Below are positions 9,170 through 18,132 of a stretch of DNA of 60,278 bases, one piece after another. Both the position numbers and the translations under genes were made by a program. Every line of letters starts with the position of its first letter. The first letter of the stretch is position 1. The notes under the pieces were generated by a model that saw only the letters and a list, made by a program, of their open reading frames with translations, ran no database searches and was not told the DNA's origin. Source of the DNA: an uncultured Desulfobacteraceae bacterium (GTDB lineage: Bacteria > Desulfobacterota > DSM-4660 > Desulfatiglandales > HGW-15); the NCBI GenBank assembly GCA_964526655.1, contig CAZGIZ010000004.1, positions 1 through 60,278 of the forward strand, given 5' to 3'.

Positions 9170-10141
9170 TCAGGGCCTGATCCTGACCCTCAGGTAGAGA
9201 TCCCCTTTCCTGCCGTTACTCATCTTCCTGCCCATACCCCTGAGACGGATAACTGAATCCTTGCCCACCCCTGAAGGCACCGTTACCCTGAATAGTCTTC
9301 GCTGGAAACCCCATGGGATATTGACCAGTTTTTGGGCGCCGAAACGGGCCTCCTGGGGGGTTACGACTATCTCACCCCGGAGATCCGGGTCACCCAGAGG
9401 GCCCGTGGAATGTATTACCTGCAGACGATGCGGCTTCCTCTTTGGCGCTATTTCACGCAATTTACGTGTTATTCCCAGTTCCGGAACCCTAAAAAAGAGT
9501 TTCATGAGGATAACGCCCGCTACAAAGCCCCCGATATGGGCCCACCAGGCTATGCCGCCGGCCTGTGAATGGGACGCTGTAGCGCTCAGGAACTGCAGCA
9601 AAAACCATATGCCAAGAAAGAAAAAGGCCGGGATTTCAATAAAATATGGTATGAAAAACAGGGGAATCAGCGTGAGGATCCTCGCTTTTGGATATGAAAT
9701 AAAATAGGCCCCCATGACCCCTGCGATCGCGCCGCTTGCCCCGATTGTGGGCACCCGGGAATGCCAGTTGATAAAGAGATATAATATCCCAGATGCCCAT
9801 CCGCAGAGGAGATAAAAAAAGAGGTACCTGACATGCCCCAATCGATCCTCGACATTGTCCCCGAAAATATATAAAAACCACATGTTTCCCAGGAGGTGAA
9901 AGAATCCTCCATGAATAAACATGAATGTAAATAATGCGCCTATCTGCTGGGAAATGCTGAAATATGAGCTGATCTCAGGCACCGAGTAACGGGCCGGAAC
10001 GAGTCCATATGTATAGATAAACTGACTAAGTGCCTGCCCCTTTGTCAATTCTATGACATAGAGCAATACGTTAAATCCGATAATAATGTTATTTACAACC
10101 GGATAGTTTTTTGCCTGTATGGTATCGCGAATCGGAATCAT
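9170..10141 (-). CDS. rhomboid intramembrane serine protease with C-terminal DnaJ_C-like domain
   Basis: MIPIRD N-terminus, HLLGNMWFL, GASGAIAG (catalytic Ser) and AHIGGF (catalytic His). The tail ends VPSGVGKDSVIRLRGMG...GDLYLRVRI. Confidence 0.88.
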   Translation of the reverse strand: MIPIRDTIQAKNYPVVNNIIIGFNVLLYVIELTKGQALSQFIYTYGLVPARYSVPEISSYFSISQQIGALFTFMFIHGGFFHLLGNMWFLYIFGDNVEDRLGHVRYLFFYLLCGWASGILYLFINWHSRVPTIGASGAIAGVMGAYFISYPKARILTLIPLFFIPYFIEIPAFFFLGIWFLLQFLSATASHSQAGGIAWWAHIGGFVAGVILMKLFFRVPELGITRKLREIAPKRKPHRLQVIHSTGPLGDPDLRGEIVVTPQEARFGAQKLVNIPWGFQRRLFRVTVPSGVGKDSVIRLRGMGRKMSNGRKGDLYLRVRIRP

Positions 10142-10300
10142 AATGCTTTAATTTAATTACTATCCAAGTGTAAATCAAAGCTTTATGAACCTGCCATGGT
10201 ACTCAACAGACCGGTTTCTCTGATTGGTCCCGGGTCCCTACAAGCTTCAATAGGAGGGATGACAATGTCTTTAAAAGAGTCTTCGCTTCAATAAGAATAT

Positions 10301-11536
10301 CTATAAATTGCAGTCATAAAATCCTCTGCACACGTCGAAGCGACCCAGCTGTGCGCCGCCTTCCCATAACTGTATGATCTTGCAATCCCTCCAGTATTTC
10401 TCAACATCATAATCCCGAACATAACCGTATGAGCCCATCAGCTCCATGGCCCTGTTTGTGACCATTACAGCGACATCAGCCGCGTGTACTTTGGCGATGC
10501 TCGCCCTCGACAGCATGAAATCCGATATGGGGGGACCATAAATTTCAGGATGATCGTACATATAGGCCACCGCGAGATATTGATTTCTGGCAGTCTCGAT
10601 GCCAATAGCCATATCCGCAAGCATGCCCGCACATATGGAATGCTGTCTAATCGGCCTCTCGGCAACGATTCTCTCCCCTGTATATTTCAGGACAGTCTCA
10701 AAGGCCCCCTGGGCGTTCCCGACTGCCAGGGCCCCGGTGAGAATTCGTGCCAAAATCACATTGTTGTGCATCAATTCCGCATCCGCCCCTGGTCCCGCCA
10801 CCCTGAAACCTTTCGGCACCCTGACGTCCTCCATGAAAATCATGCAATTTCTATCACCCTGCATGCCTGATTTGTTTTCAAATTTACCAAAAGAAAGTCC
10901 CTTACAGGGTGAAGGGACATAAATCATGGCAATGCCATCATCACCCAAGCCCGGATCGGTCGTGCATACCACACAATAGGCATCGGACACGCCAGCGTTA
11001 GATGCCCAGGCCTTTTGTCCATTGATTACCCATTCATCTCCTTCGAGACGTGCCATGGTCCTAATCTTCTTGCCATGCAACGAGGGATTTTCAATATCGC
11101 AGCCGCCGCCACCGTGGGACCCACCCGGCTCGGTTATGGCGAAGCAGCCCAATTTCAGTTCATTACCGCAAAACATGGGAGCGAAATGGTCAAGGACCGC
11201 CTTGTTCCCGGATATGATGGCCGGCAGGAAGGCCCATGTGGTAACAGTGGCTGAAGTAGCGATCCCGCTGTCACCCCTGCCGAGTTCTTCATGCATTATT
11301 GCCGCGGATACGATCGATCCGCTGCCACCGCCGCCGTATTCCTTTGGGAAAGCGGCCTTTTGAATCCCTATATCCGTCATGCCCTGAAGGATTTTGTTTA
11401 TTATCTTGTGTTCCTTATCGTCTTCAATCTGTTGCCGGACAGGCATTATCTCTTTATCGACGAAGCTGCGAAACATCTCCCTTGCCATGTGATCTTCCTC
11501 TTTTAGAAAGACATCCAGATATCGATGATCCGACAT
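10301..11536 (-). CDS. acyl-CoA dehydrogenase family protein
   Basis: FAITEPG, WVINGQKAWASN, QLMGSYGY-like segment and IQLWEGG. GGAGG RBS before ATG 11536. Confidence 0.92.
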   Translation of the reverse strand: MSDHRYLDVFLKEEDHMAREMFRSFVDKEIMPVRQQIEDDKEHKIINKILQGMTDIGIQKAAFPKEYGGGGSGSIVSAAIMHEELGRGDSGIATSATVTTWAFLPAIISGNKAVLDHFAPMFCGNELKLGCFAITEPGGSHGGGGCDIENPSLHGKKIRTMARLEGDEWVINGQKAWASNAGVSDAYCVVCTTDPGLGDDGIAMIYVPSPCKGLSFGKFENKSGMQGDRNCMIFMEDVRVPKGFRVAGPGADAELMHNNVILARILTGALAVGNAQGAFETVLKYTGERIVAERPIRQHSICAGMLADMAIGIETARNQYLAVAYMYDHPEIYGPPISDFMLSRASIAKVHAADVAVMVTNRAMELMGSYGYVRDYDVEKYWRDCKIIQLWEGGAQLGRFDVCRGFYDCNL

Positions 11537-11935
11537 ATCCCAACCTCCCTGTAATAAGTATTTGTTCCCAATGGAATTTAGCCCCATCCTGATATGAAAG
11601 AACTCCTTTATTCACAAAGTCGGAGTGCCCTTTCATCGGCCCTTAACCCTGGAATCTCACCTCCTTTCGTTGATGATCATTTCATCTTATTCATCACGTA
11701 ATTGGATGAGATGAAAATTTGTAAACCTTGCTTTTTTAAAAATAATAGGGAAAGGCAATATCCTAACAGAAAATAGCCGATTATGGTAAATACTTTAGAT
11801 CGTTTTTTGAGAAAAAATATTGACGGTGAGTATTGATAATTCACGAAGCTTACACTTAAAAGAGAACCGGCTAAGATTGATGCTGGTTTCTAAATAAGGA
11901 TGGAGATTATTAAGAACAAGCGGAGGCTTTTATTA

Positions 11936-12349
11936 CTATCCTTTTCTCGTGATGAACCTGGGAGATGTTTTTGATTTTCTTCCATAACTCTTAAGCGCCT
12001 TGCGACCTTTTCGCATTTTTTTGACCTCGTTTAAAAGGTCCTCCCTTTTTTCGAGAATAAACTTTTCAATTCGCTGGTCCACCTCCTGAATGGACCTGAT
12101 CACATCGGCTATATCCCGCGATAGGGCATCCTTTTCCTTTTTTCCCCCCTTACCCGTAACCTTTTTTCCCAGCCTGGCATATCGATTGTTGTTCCTGGAT
12201 ATTTCGTGCCTGAGACCTTCCCTCCTGTTTGACAGGCTAAGGAAGTTACCGATCTGATCCTCTGAAATCAGTTTCTCCTGTTTAACGGCCAACTCCTTCA
12301 TCTCTTTAAATAACTCCCTGTTCCTGTCTAATAGATTATTCGATTCCAC
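11936..12349 (-). CDS. FliT/FlgN-like flagellar export chaperone
   Basis: All-helical ~137 aa ending KALKSYG...PRFITRKG. GGAGG RBS before GTG 12349, with a sigma54 promoter directly upstream. Confidence 0.6.
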   Translation of the reverse strand: MESNNLLDRNRELFKEMKELAVKQEKLISEDQIGNFLSLSNRREGLRHEISRNNNRYARLGKKVTGKGGKKEKDALSRDIADVIRSIQEVDQRIEKFILEKREDLLNEVKKMRKGRKALKSYGRKSKTSPRFITRKG

Positions 12350-12380
12350 GGTTAATTTTATCCTCCCGCATATAGGCCTT

Positions 12381-12396
12381 AGCAAATACGGTGCCA
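12381..12396 (-). promoter_or_regulatory. sigma54 (-24/-12) promoter of the FliT/FlgN-like gene
   Basis: Minus strand TGGCAC-CGTAT-TTGCT, a full consensus match. Confidence 0.85.
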
Positions 12397-12434
12397 GCAA
12401 AAAAGTATTTATGATTCAAACGCTGAATTAAAGC

Positions 12435-12448
12435 GTCAATATTTTGAC
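12435..12448. promoter_or_regulatory. FleQ-type activator box
   Basis: GTCAATATTTTGAC, identical to 29170-29183. A weaker site GTCCAAATCAAGGC lies at 12481-12494. Confidence 0.7.
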
Positions 12449-12565
12449 AAAATAAGCCCCTCCTTCCCCCTGGCAATGACGTCCAAATCAAGGCAGTAGC
12501 GTTAATATTCAATCAAATTAATGCGTTAACAGCCCCAACTTTAATGGGGTAGGCAAATTAATTTA

Positions 12566-12581
12566 TGGCACGACTTGTGCT
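12566..12581 (+). promoter_or_regulatory. sigma54 promoter of the hypothetical-TPR-activator operon
   Basis: TGGCAC-GACTT-GTGCT with correct GG-N10-GC spacing. Confidence 0.8.
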
Positions 12582-12621
12582 AATTCATTGAAACAAACAA
12601 AAACTCAAAACGGGGAGTATT

Positions 12622-12957
12622 ATGAAAAGGTTACAGGGAATTAGCCGTATTATCGCGGCTGGAATCCTGATGTCTATGATCCTGTGCTGCTCTGGCCTGA
12701 TCTATGCCCAGGATTCCAGTTCTAAGTACAATGTCCCGGAAGGCGTGTACATCGAATTGACAAGAGATTTTTACGAGGCCCTTAGGAATGGAGGTCAGAG
12801 AGGGGAAAAATTTTACGATAATGATCCCTCAACAGAATATCTGAGGGAGATTTCCATATCATCACGGTTTATAGTTGAGACTAACCTCCAGATCCTGAAA
12901 CAGCAGGAGAGGATTCTGCAACTGCTTCAGACCCTCTCAAATGACAAGAAAAAATGA
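12622..12957 (+). CDS. small exported hypothetical protein
   Basis: GGGGAG RBS, signal-peptide-like N-terminus and a C-terminal coiled coil. ATGA overlap with the next gene. Confidence 0.7.
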   Translation: MKRLQGISRIIAAGILMSMILCCSGLIYAQDSSSKYNVPEGVYIELTRDFYEALRNGGQRGEKFYDNDPSTEYLREISISSRFIVETNLQILKQQERILQLLQTLSNDKKK

Positions 12958-15890
12958 TAAGGGTTTCAAAAAGATCGATAACGCGCCTTCTGGTTGCGTG
13001 GATCATTTTGGCGGGTCTTATATGCCCGCACAGGGCCATTGCCTCCAACAGGGCCATGGACATAAAGACGGTCGAAAAGCCCGACCAGACCATACTCCTT
13101 CTCAATCTTGATGAACGGCCCAGATTCGCATTAAAATCCCTTGATGAGAACGGGATAATCTTGACCCTTTTTGACACACTTCCGGCTCAGGATCTGCCTG
13201 AAAAGGTCCCAGATCAAGGCCCCGTTGAGATCGATAAAGGATCCGACAATCTTGGTTTCAAGATCAAGTTTAAAAGACCCGTATATAGAATAGACAGCTC
13301 GTGGCTGGAAGATAAAAAACTCCTTTACATCAAGGCCTTGCCCGGGGAGGATGATGACGAACCTGAAACGCCCGCTCAGGCCCCGCCGAATCTGAAGGGG
13401 GTGAGATTCGGTTTCAAGGAAAAGGCGACAAGGATGGTGATGAGCCTGGACAGGAGACCTGCCTGGGAGATTAGTTATCAGGAGCCGACTGCCATTACCA
13501 TGAGGCTGGACGCCGAGTCCAGGGACCTGAAGGAAAAAAAATACGGCCCCCTGAAGTTACTGAAGGAGGTCAGCGTCCTCAGGAGTGACCTTGATAAGAT
13601 GGATATTTCACTCAAGCTTGAATCCCAAATGGATCACGTCAGGATCTTCTGGATGAAAGTCGGAAACAGACTGGTCATGGATCTCTTCAGCGAACCCTTG
13701 GAGATAGATGACGAAGTCGCTTCAGTGCCTCCCAAGCCTGAAAAACAGGGTGAGGATATCAAGATTTCGGAAGACAGTTCCAATGATGGGTCAGAGGAAG
13801 AGCCGTTAGTTGCAAATATCGTGAGGATGAAAATTCCTCAGAAAGAAAGAGATGCCTCCGGTGATAAGAAAGAAGAGGATGCGCCAGCCGTAGCGGTCAA
13901 TGACAAGGACCTGAAAATTGAACCGAAGCTGGACAATCTCTTTCCCTTCAGCCCCGAATCAAAGGTGTCGGTTCAGGACCTTGGCCCTGAGGAGGCCTTC
14001 CTTTTCGGAAGGATACAGGAGGCCAGGGAGATCAATGATAATAACAAGGGCCTTATTTTGGCCAATTATTTCCTGAAGCAGTTCCCCAAGTCAGTTTTGG
14101 CCGAAAACATATCATTCTGGCGAGGCGATTTTAACTACAACCTCTTCAGAACCGGCGATGACAATGCCGCCACGGATACAGTCCTGAGTTATCAGTATGC
14201 CATAGACCGTTTCGGCTGGTCAGGCTTCACACCCATGGCCTATATAAAAATGGCCCAGGTGAGTTCAATGACCGGAGACGATTATTCAGCCATAGGTTTC
14301 CTGGGCCTCGTGATCGGAAGAGGGGAAAAGGGGGACTACCTTCCCATGGCCTATCTCATGAGAGGAAAAATCTATTTGCAGATGGGCCAGGCCGAGAAGG
14401 CCATCGAGGATTTCAAGGTCCTCCTTGAAACCTATCCCGACTCTCCCCTCAGGACTGAGGCCCAATTCTGGGTCGCTGACTATTTTCATATGATAGGCCA
14501 GTACGAAGAGGCCGATAAAAGACTTATGGAGATTGCAAAGACAAATCCCGACCTCTTCCTGGAATATCCTGAATACCTGTTTATAACGGCTCGTAACTAT
14601 CTCTACCTGAATAAGTTCGACCTCGCGAGGGACTATCTCTTCAAGGCCCTAAACCTCGGTCATCAGCCCGAATCCATTGACATGCTCCTTTCACGGATCG
14701 GCGACACATACCATAATCAGAACAACGAGAAAGAGGCTGAAAAGTATTACAGGATGGTCGTTGATTATTATCCCAAGAGCGAAGGAGCGTCCATAGCCAA
14801 GTTACGCCTGGCTGACTATTTCTCAGATATCGCTATCCTTGAGAATCTAAGCCAAGAGAAAAATAATGAGCCTATCGGAGACCTGGCAATGCTCGAAAAG
14901 GCCTATCAGTTATTCGAGAAGGAGCAGTACCTGGCAGTACAGGACAACCTGAAAGATCTGATGGAAAAACCTGTCCAGACGGAGACCCGCAAGGAGGCCA
15001 AGCAGCTCTTCTACCGGGCCTCGGAAAAGGAGATGGTCCGGCTCTATAAGGAAGCAAAACCCAATGAACTGATAGCCCTCTACAACGCCAAGAAAGAGTT
15101 GTTACAGGATAATATCGATCCCGAGGTCCTGCTCCTTGTGGCCCAGGCATACAATGACCTAAGTATGTATGATGATTCTGTTTTGACATTCAACCAGATA
15201 AGGCCCTACGATCTGAAACGGAAATCCAAGGGCGGCTATTTCTACGGCCTCGCAAAGGGTTATATGGGTAATAGTGATATGAAGAGCGCCAGGTCACTCC
15301 TGGAGAACAGCGAAAACCAGGAGCTGGAGCCCTTGGATAGAAAGAGGCTGGATATGCTGCTGGCGGACATATACATGGAAGAGGGGGAACTGGAAGACGC
15401 CAACCTCCTTTACCGGTCAATAGTGAAGGGCAAAAGGGGTTTTCCGGATAAAGAGATCGCCAGGGCCTATCTCTCCATGGGGATAATATCAAACATACAA
15501 AAAAATTATCAGGAGTCAAAGAGGGCCTTGAACAGGTGTATAGCGCTTGCAGGCAAGACCGATCAGTCCGATGATCTGCTCCAATCCGCCCATATGGAAC
15601 TGGGTAAGGTCCTCCAGAATGAAGGCAACCCCAGGGAGGCCGTGAAATTCTTCGAGCGGGGCTTTGAACTCGGCTACGGCCCTGATAAGGGCGAGTACTG
15701 GGGAAACAGGTTCAGGCTGGCCTTGTCCTACATGGATATCGGACAGGGCCCAAAGGCCGAACCCCTCCTTAACGAGATTTCGGAAGAGGGGGACCCGGTG
15801 TTGCAGCAGAAGGCGCAGATCAGGCTTGGCTCGATCGGTCTTGAGAGCCAATTACAACGCTTGTCCATCAGGGGCATAGGGGGAAAATGA
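12954..15890 (+). CDS. large exported TPR-repeat protein
   Basis: Signal peptide ending AIA, two beta-rich N-terminal modules, an acidic linker, then many TPR-like repeats (e.g. AYLMRGKIYLQMGQAEKAIEDFKVLLETYP). Confidence 0.85.
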   Translation: MIRVSKRSITRLLVAWIILAGLICPHRAIASNRAMDIKTVEKPDQTILLLNLDERPRFALKSLDENGIILTLFDTLPAQDLPEKVPDQGPVEIDKGSDNLGFKIKFKRPVYRIDSSWLEDKKLLYIKALPGEDDDEPETPAQAPPNLKGVRFGFKEKATRMVMSLDRRPAWEISYQEPTAITMRLDAESRDLKEKKYGPLKLLKEVSVLRSDLDKMDISLKLESQMDHVRIFWMKVGNRLVMDLFSEPLEIDDEVASVPPKPEKQGEDIKISEDSSNDGSEEEPLVANIVRMKIPQKERDASGDKKEEDAPAVAVNDKDLKIEPKLDNLFPFSPESKVSVQDLGPEEAFLFGRIQEAREINDNNKGLILANYFLKQFPKSVLAENISFWRGDFNYNLFRTGDDNAATDTVLSYQYAIDRFGWSGFTPMAYIKMAQVSSMTGDDYSAIGFLGLVIGRGEKGDYLPMAYLMRGKIYLQMGQAEKAIEDFKVLLETYPDSPLRTEAQFWVADYFHMIGQYEEADKRLMEIAKTNPDLFLEYPEYLFITARNYLYLNKFDLARDYLFKALNLGHQPESIDMLLSRIGDTYHNQNNEKEAEKYYRMVVDYYPKSEGASIAKLRLADYFSDIAILENLSQEKNNEPIGDLAMLEKAYQLFEKEQYLAVQDNLKDLMEKPVQTETRKEAKQLFYRASEKEMVRLYKEAKPNELIALYNAKKELLQDNIDPEVLLLVAQAYNDLSMYDDSVLTFNQIRPYDLKRKSKGGYFYGLAKGYMGNSDMKSARSLLENSENQELEPLDRKRLDMLLADIYMEEGELEDANLLYRSIVKGKRGFPDKEIARAYLSMGIISNIQKNYQESKRALNRCIALAGKTDQSDDLLQSAHMELGKVLQNEGNPREAVKFFERGFELGYGPDKGEYWGNRFRLALSYMDIGQGPKAEPLLNEISEEGDPVLQQKAQIRLGSIGLESQLQRLSIRGIGGK

Positions 15891-17284
15891 GCCGCATAAT
15901 GACAAACACAAAAGATAACAGTATATTATGGACAGCCCCTGACTTCACCCTCCCTGAGATATTATGGAAACGTCTTGAAGGAATGGGCTACAGGGTCCTC
16001 CTTGCCGACGATAACAAAAACATCAAGGACAAGATCGAGAGCATTTCCCCCAGGATCTGGGTGAGGCAGATTAACGGCGAATCCAAGGCCCATTTGACCC
16101 AATTACAGGAAATAAAGAGTAACTTTCCCCACCTTCCGGTCATACTTATGAGCAATCAGCCCGATATCGACGATGCCGTCAAATCCATCAAGTTAGGGGC
16201 GTCCGACTATCTCACTGGAAGCATATCTACCGACAGGTTGTGGGCGGTTATCGAGGGAGCGCTTAAGTATCCTCAACCTGTCAATATTTCCCGGGCCCAG
16301 AGGACTGCAAGGACTCCTGCAGGCAGTAAGCTGGTCGCGGTCCATCCTTCAATGCTCAAACTCATGGAGATTGCGAGGAAGATAGCGCCAAGCCGATCGA
16401 CCGTACTTATTAGGGGAGAGACCGGCGTCGGTAAAGAGGTTATGGCCCGCTTTATACACCAAAACAGCGACCGAGGGGATAATCCCTTTATCGCCGTCAA
16501 TTGCGCTGCCCTGCCGGAGAACCTGCTTGAAAGCGAGCTTTTCGGGCATGAAAAGGGCGCCTTTACAGGCGCTGTATCTCGGAAAAAAGGGAAATTTGAA
16601 CTGGCCAGCGGAGGCACCCTTCTCCTTGATGAGATAAGCGAGACCGCCCTGTCATTGCAGTCCAAACTCCTCAGGGTCCTGCAGGAGAGGGAGATAGACA
16701 GGGTAGGCGGTCAGTTTGCCGTACCCGTTGACACCCGGATCATAGCAACGACCAACAGGGACCTTGAGGAAGAGACCAAAAAGGGCAACTTTCGGCTGGA
16801 CCTCTTTTACCGGCTGAATGTAGTGCCCCTGTACCTGCCCCCTCTGAGGGAGAGGTCCGACGACATCGACCCCCTTGCGGAATTCTTCTTAAAAAAGCAT
16901 TGTTCCCTCAACAACGTACTCCTGAAACGACTGTCCCCCGCTGCCCTGTCTTTTCTTCAGGGCAGGAACTGGCCGGGCAACGTCAGGGAATTTGAGAACC
17001 TGATCGAAAGGGCCACGCTGCTGGTCGATTCAGAGGAGATCGACTCCGCTGATCTGGAATTTATAAGCAACCCGGAATCGGGAAATGCGCCAAGGGAATC
17101 GGTGGCCGGCACCCCCATGATGCCCTTGAAGACAATGGAAAAGAAGATGATATTGAGGGCCCTCGATGCACACAAGGGAAACAGGACCCATGCGGCGAAA
17201 GTCTTAGGCATCAGCGTCAGGACCCTGAGGAATAAGATCCATGAGTATGAACAGGAACTTGATGAAGAAGCTCCCGGAAATTAG
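15887..17284 (+). CDS. sigma54-dependent activator (FlbD/FleR-like) with degenerate receiver domain
   Basis: Walker A GETGVGKE, GAFTGA, Walker B LLLDEISE and HTH GNRTHAAKVLGISVRTLRNK. The receiver lacks the usual phosphoacceptor Asp. Confidence 0.88.
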   Translation: MSRIMTNTKDNSILWTAPDFTLPEILWKRLEGMGYRVLLADDNKNIKDKIESISPRIWVRQINGESKAHLTQLQEIKSNFPHLPVILMSNQPDIDDAVKSIKLGASDYLTGSISTDRLWAVIEGALKYPQPVNISRAQRTARTPAGSKLVAVHPSMLKLMEIARKIAPSRSTVLIRGETGVGKEVMARFIHQNSDRGDNPFIAVNCAALPENLLESELFGHEKGAFTGAVSRKKGKFELASGGTLLLDEISETALSLQSKLLRVLQEREIDRVGGQFAVPVDTRIIATTNRDLEEETKKGNFRLDLFYRLNVVPLYLPPLRERSDDIDPLAEFFLKKHCSLNNVLLKRLSPAALSFLQGRNWPGNVREFENLIERATLLVDSEEIDSADLEFISNPESGNAPRESVAGTPMMPLKTMEKKMILRALDAHKGNRTHAAKVLGISVRTLRNKIHEYEQELDEEAPGN

Positions 17285-17298
17285 TTGTCAGGATTATT

Positions 17299-17361
17299 GT
17301 CAAATTTTTGACACTCTAAAAATTATTCCAACACTTAGCCGGACAACGTCAAATTAAAGAC
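17299..17361. promoter_or_regulatory. tandem FleQ-type boxes upstream of flgB
   Basis: GTCAAATTTTTGAC (17299-17312) and GTCAAATTAAAGAC (17348-17361). Confidence 0.65.
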
Positions 17362-17397
17362 ATAATCCAATTCTTATCTATTTTTACCTTTTCATGA

Positions 17398-17410
17398 TAT
17401 CAATCATTTA
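17398..17410 (+). promoter_or_regulatory. IHF-binding site candidate
   Basis: TATCAA-TCAT-TTA matches WATCAANNNNTTR and lies between the enhancer boxes and the sigma54 promoter. Confidence 0.5.
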
Positions 17411-17652
17411 GACTTATTAAAACCAATTATTCTATCCACTCTTATCCTTGCTATGTTCCTATTCTTTACAGATTCAGCAGTCGATCAAATGGTACTTCAT
17501 CCAGTCAATTTTTCTAACCCATCGAAATCAGGGACTCTTGGAGTAATTTCAGGTATCCCTACTCCTGATTTGAGTTCCAGGATTTTCAAATCGAATCCCT
17601 GATATCATGAAAAAAATAACATCCTCCCTTGGGGACTCAGTGTGAGGAGTTT

Positions 17653-17668
17653 TGGTATCTCTTTTGCA
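17653..17668 (+). promoter_or_regulatory. sigma54 promoter of the flgB operon
   Basis: TGGTAT-CTCTT-TTGCA, 38 bp before the flgB ATG. Confidence 0.8.
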
Positions 17669-17705
17669 GGTAAGACCATATAAATCGCAAGAGAGGTAAA
17701 GGGCA

Positions 17706-18128
17706 ATGAACATAAAAAATATATTCCAAAAGGGCTTGCTGGACAGGACGGCAGAGGTCCTTTCCAGGGCCCTGGACTACAGGAGCGCCAATCAGCAGAT
17801 AATATCGGCGAATCTGGCCAATGTGGACACACCCGGATTCAAGCCCAAGAAACTCAGTTTCGATCTGGAACTCCAACAGGCGGAAAACAGGAGAAATGTC
17901 AGCCTGAGGGTGACCGACCCTGCTCATTTTTCCTATCACCAGGACGAAAGCGGAGGCGATTTCCATATTGAGATAATTAATGAGAACGGAGATGGCTCCG
18001 ACAAGTTAAATATCGACGCGGAAATGGCCAGGATGACTCAAAATAATTTGCTCTATGAGGCCTCCGTCAGGCTGCTTTCCAAAAAATTCAGTGCCCTGAG
18101 AAGCGCGATTGAAGGGTCGAGGAGATAG
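17706..18128 (+). CDS. flgB: flagellar basal-body rod protein FlgB
   Basis: IISANLANVDTPGFKPK, NIDAEMA and NNLLYEA. Confidence 0.95.
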   Translation: MNIKNIFQKGLLDRTAEVLSRALDYRSANQQIISANLANVDTPGFKPKKLSFDLELQQAENRRNVSLRVTDPAHFSYHQDESGGDFHIEIINENGDGSDKLNIDAEMARMTQNNLLYEASVRLLSKKFSALRSAIEGSRR

Positions 18129-18132
18129 AGAA

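Noticed and set aside
11657-11716. Perfect SD (AAAGGAGGTGA, minus strand) and an 8-bp inverted repeat upstream of the acyl-CoA dehydrogenase; 60-aa ORF 11454-11636
   Set aside because: The nearest ATG is about 19 nt from the SD and the ORF overlaps the dehydrogenase out of frame. The repeat may be an ordinary operator.
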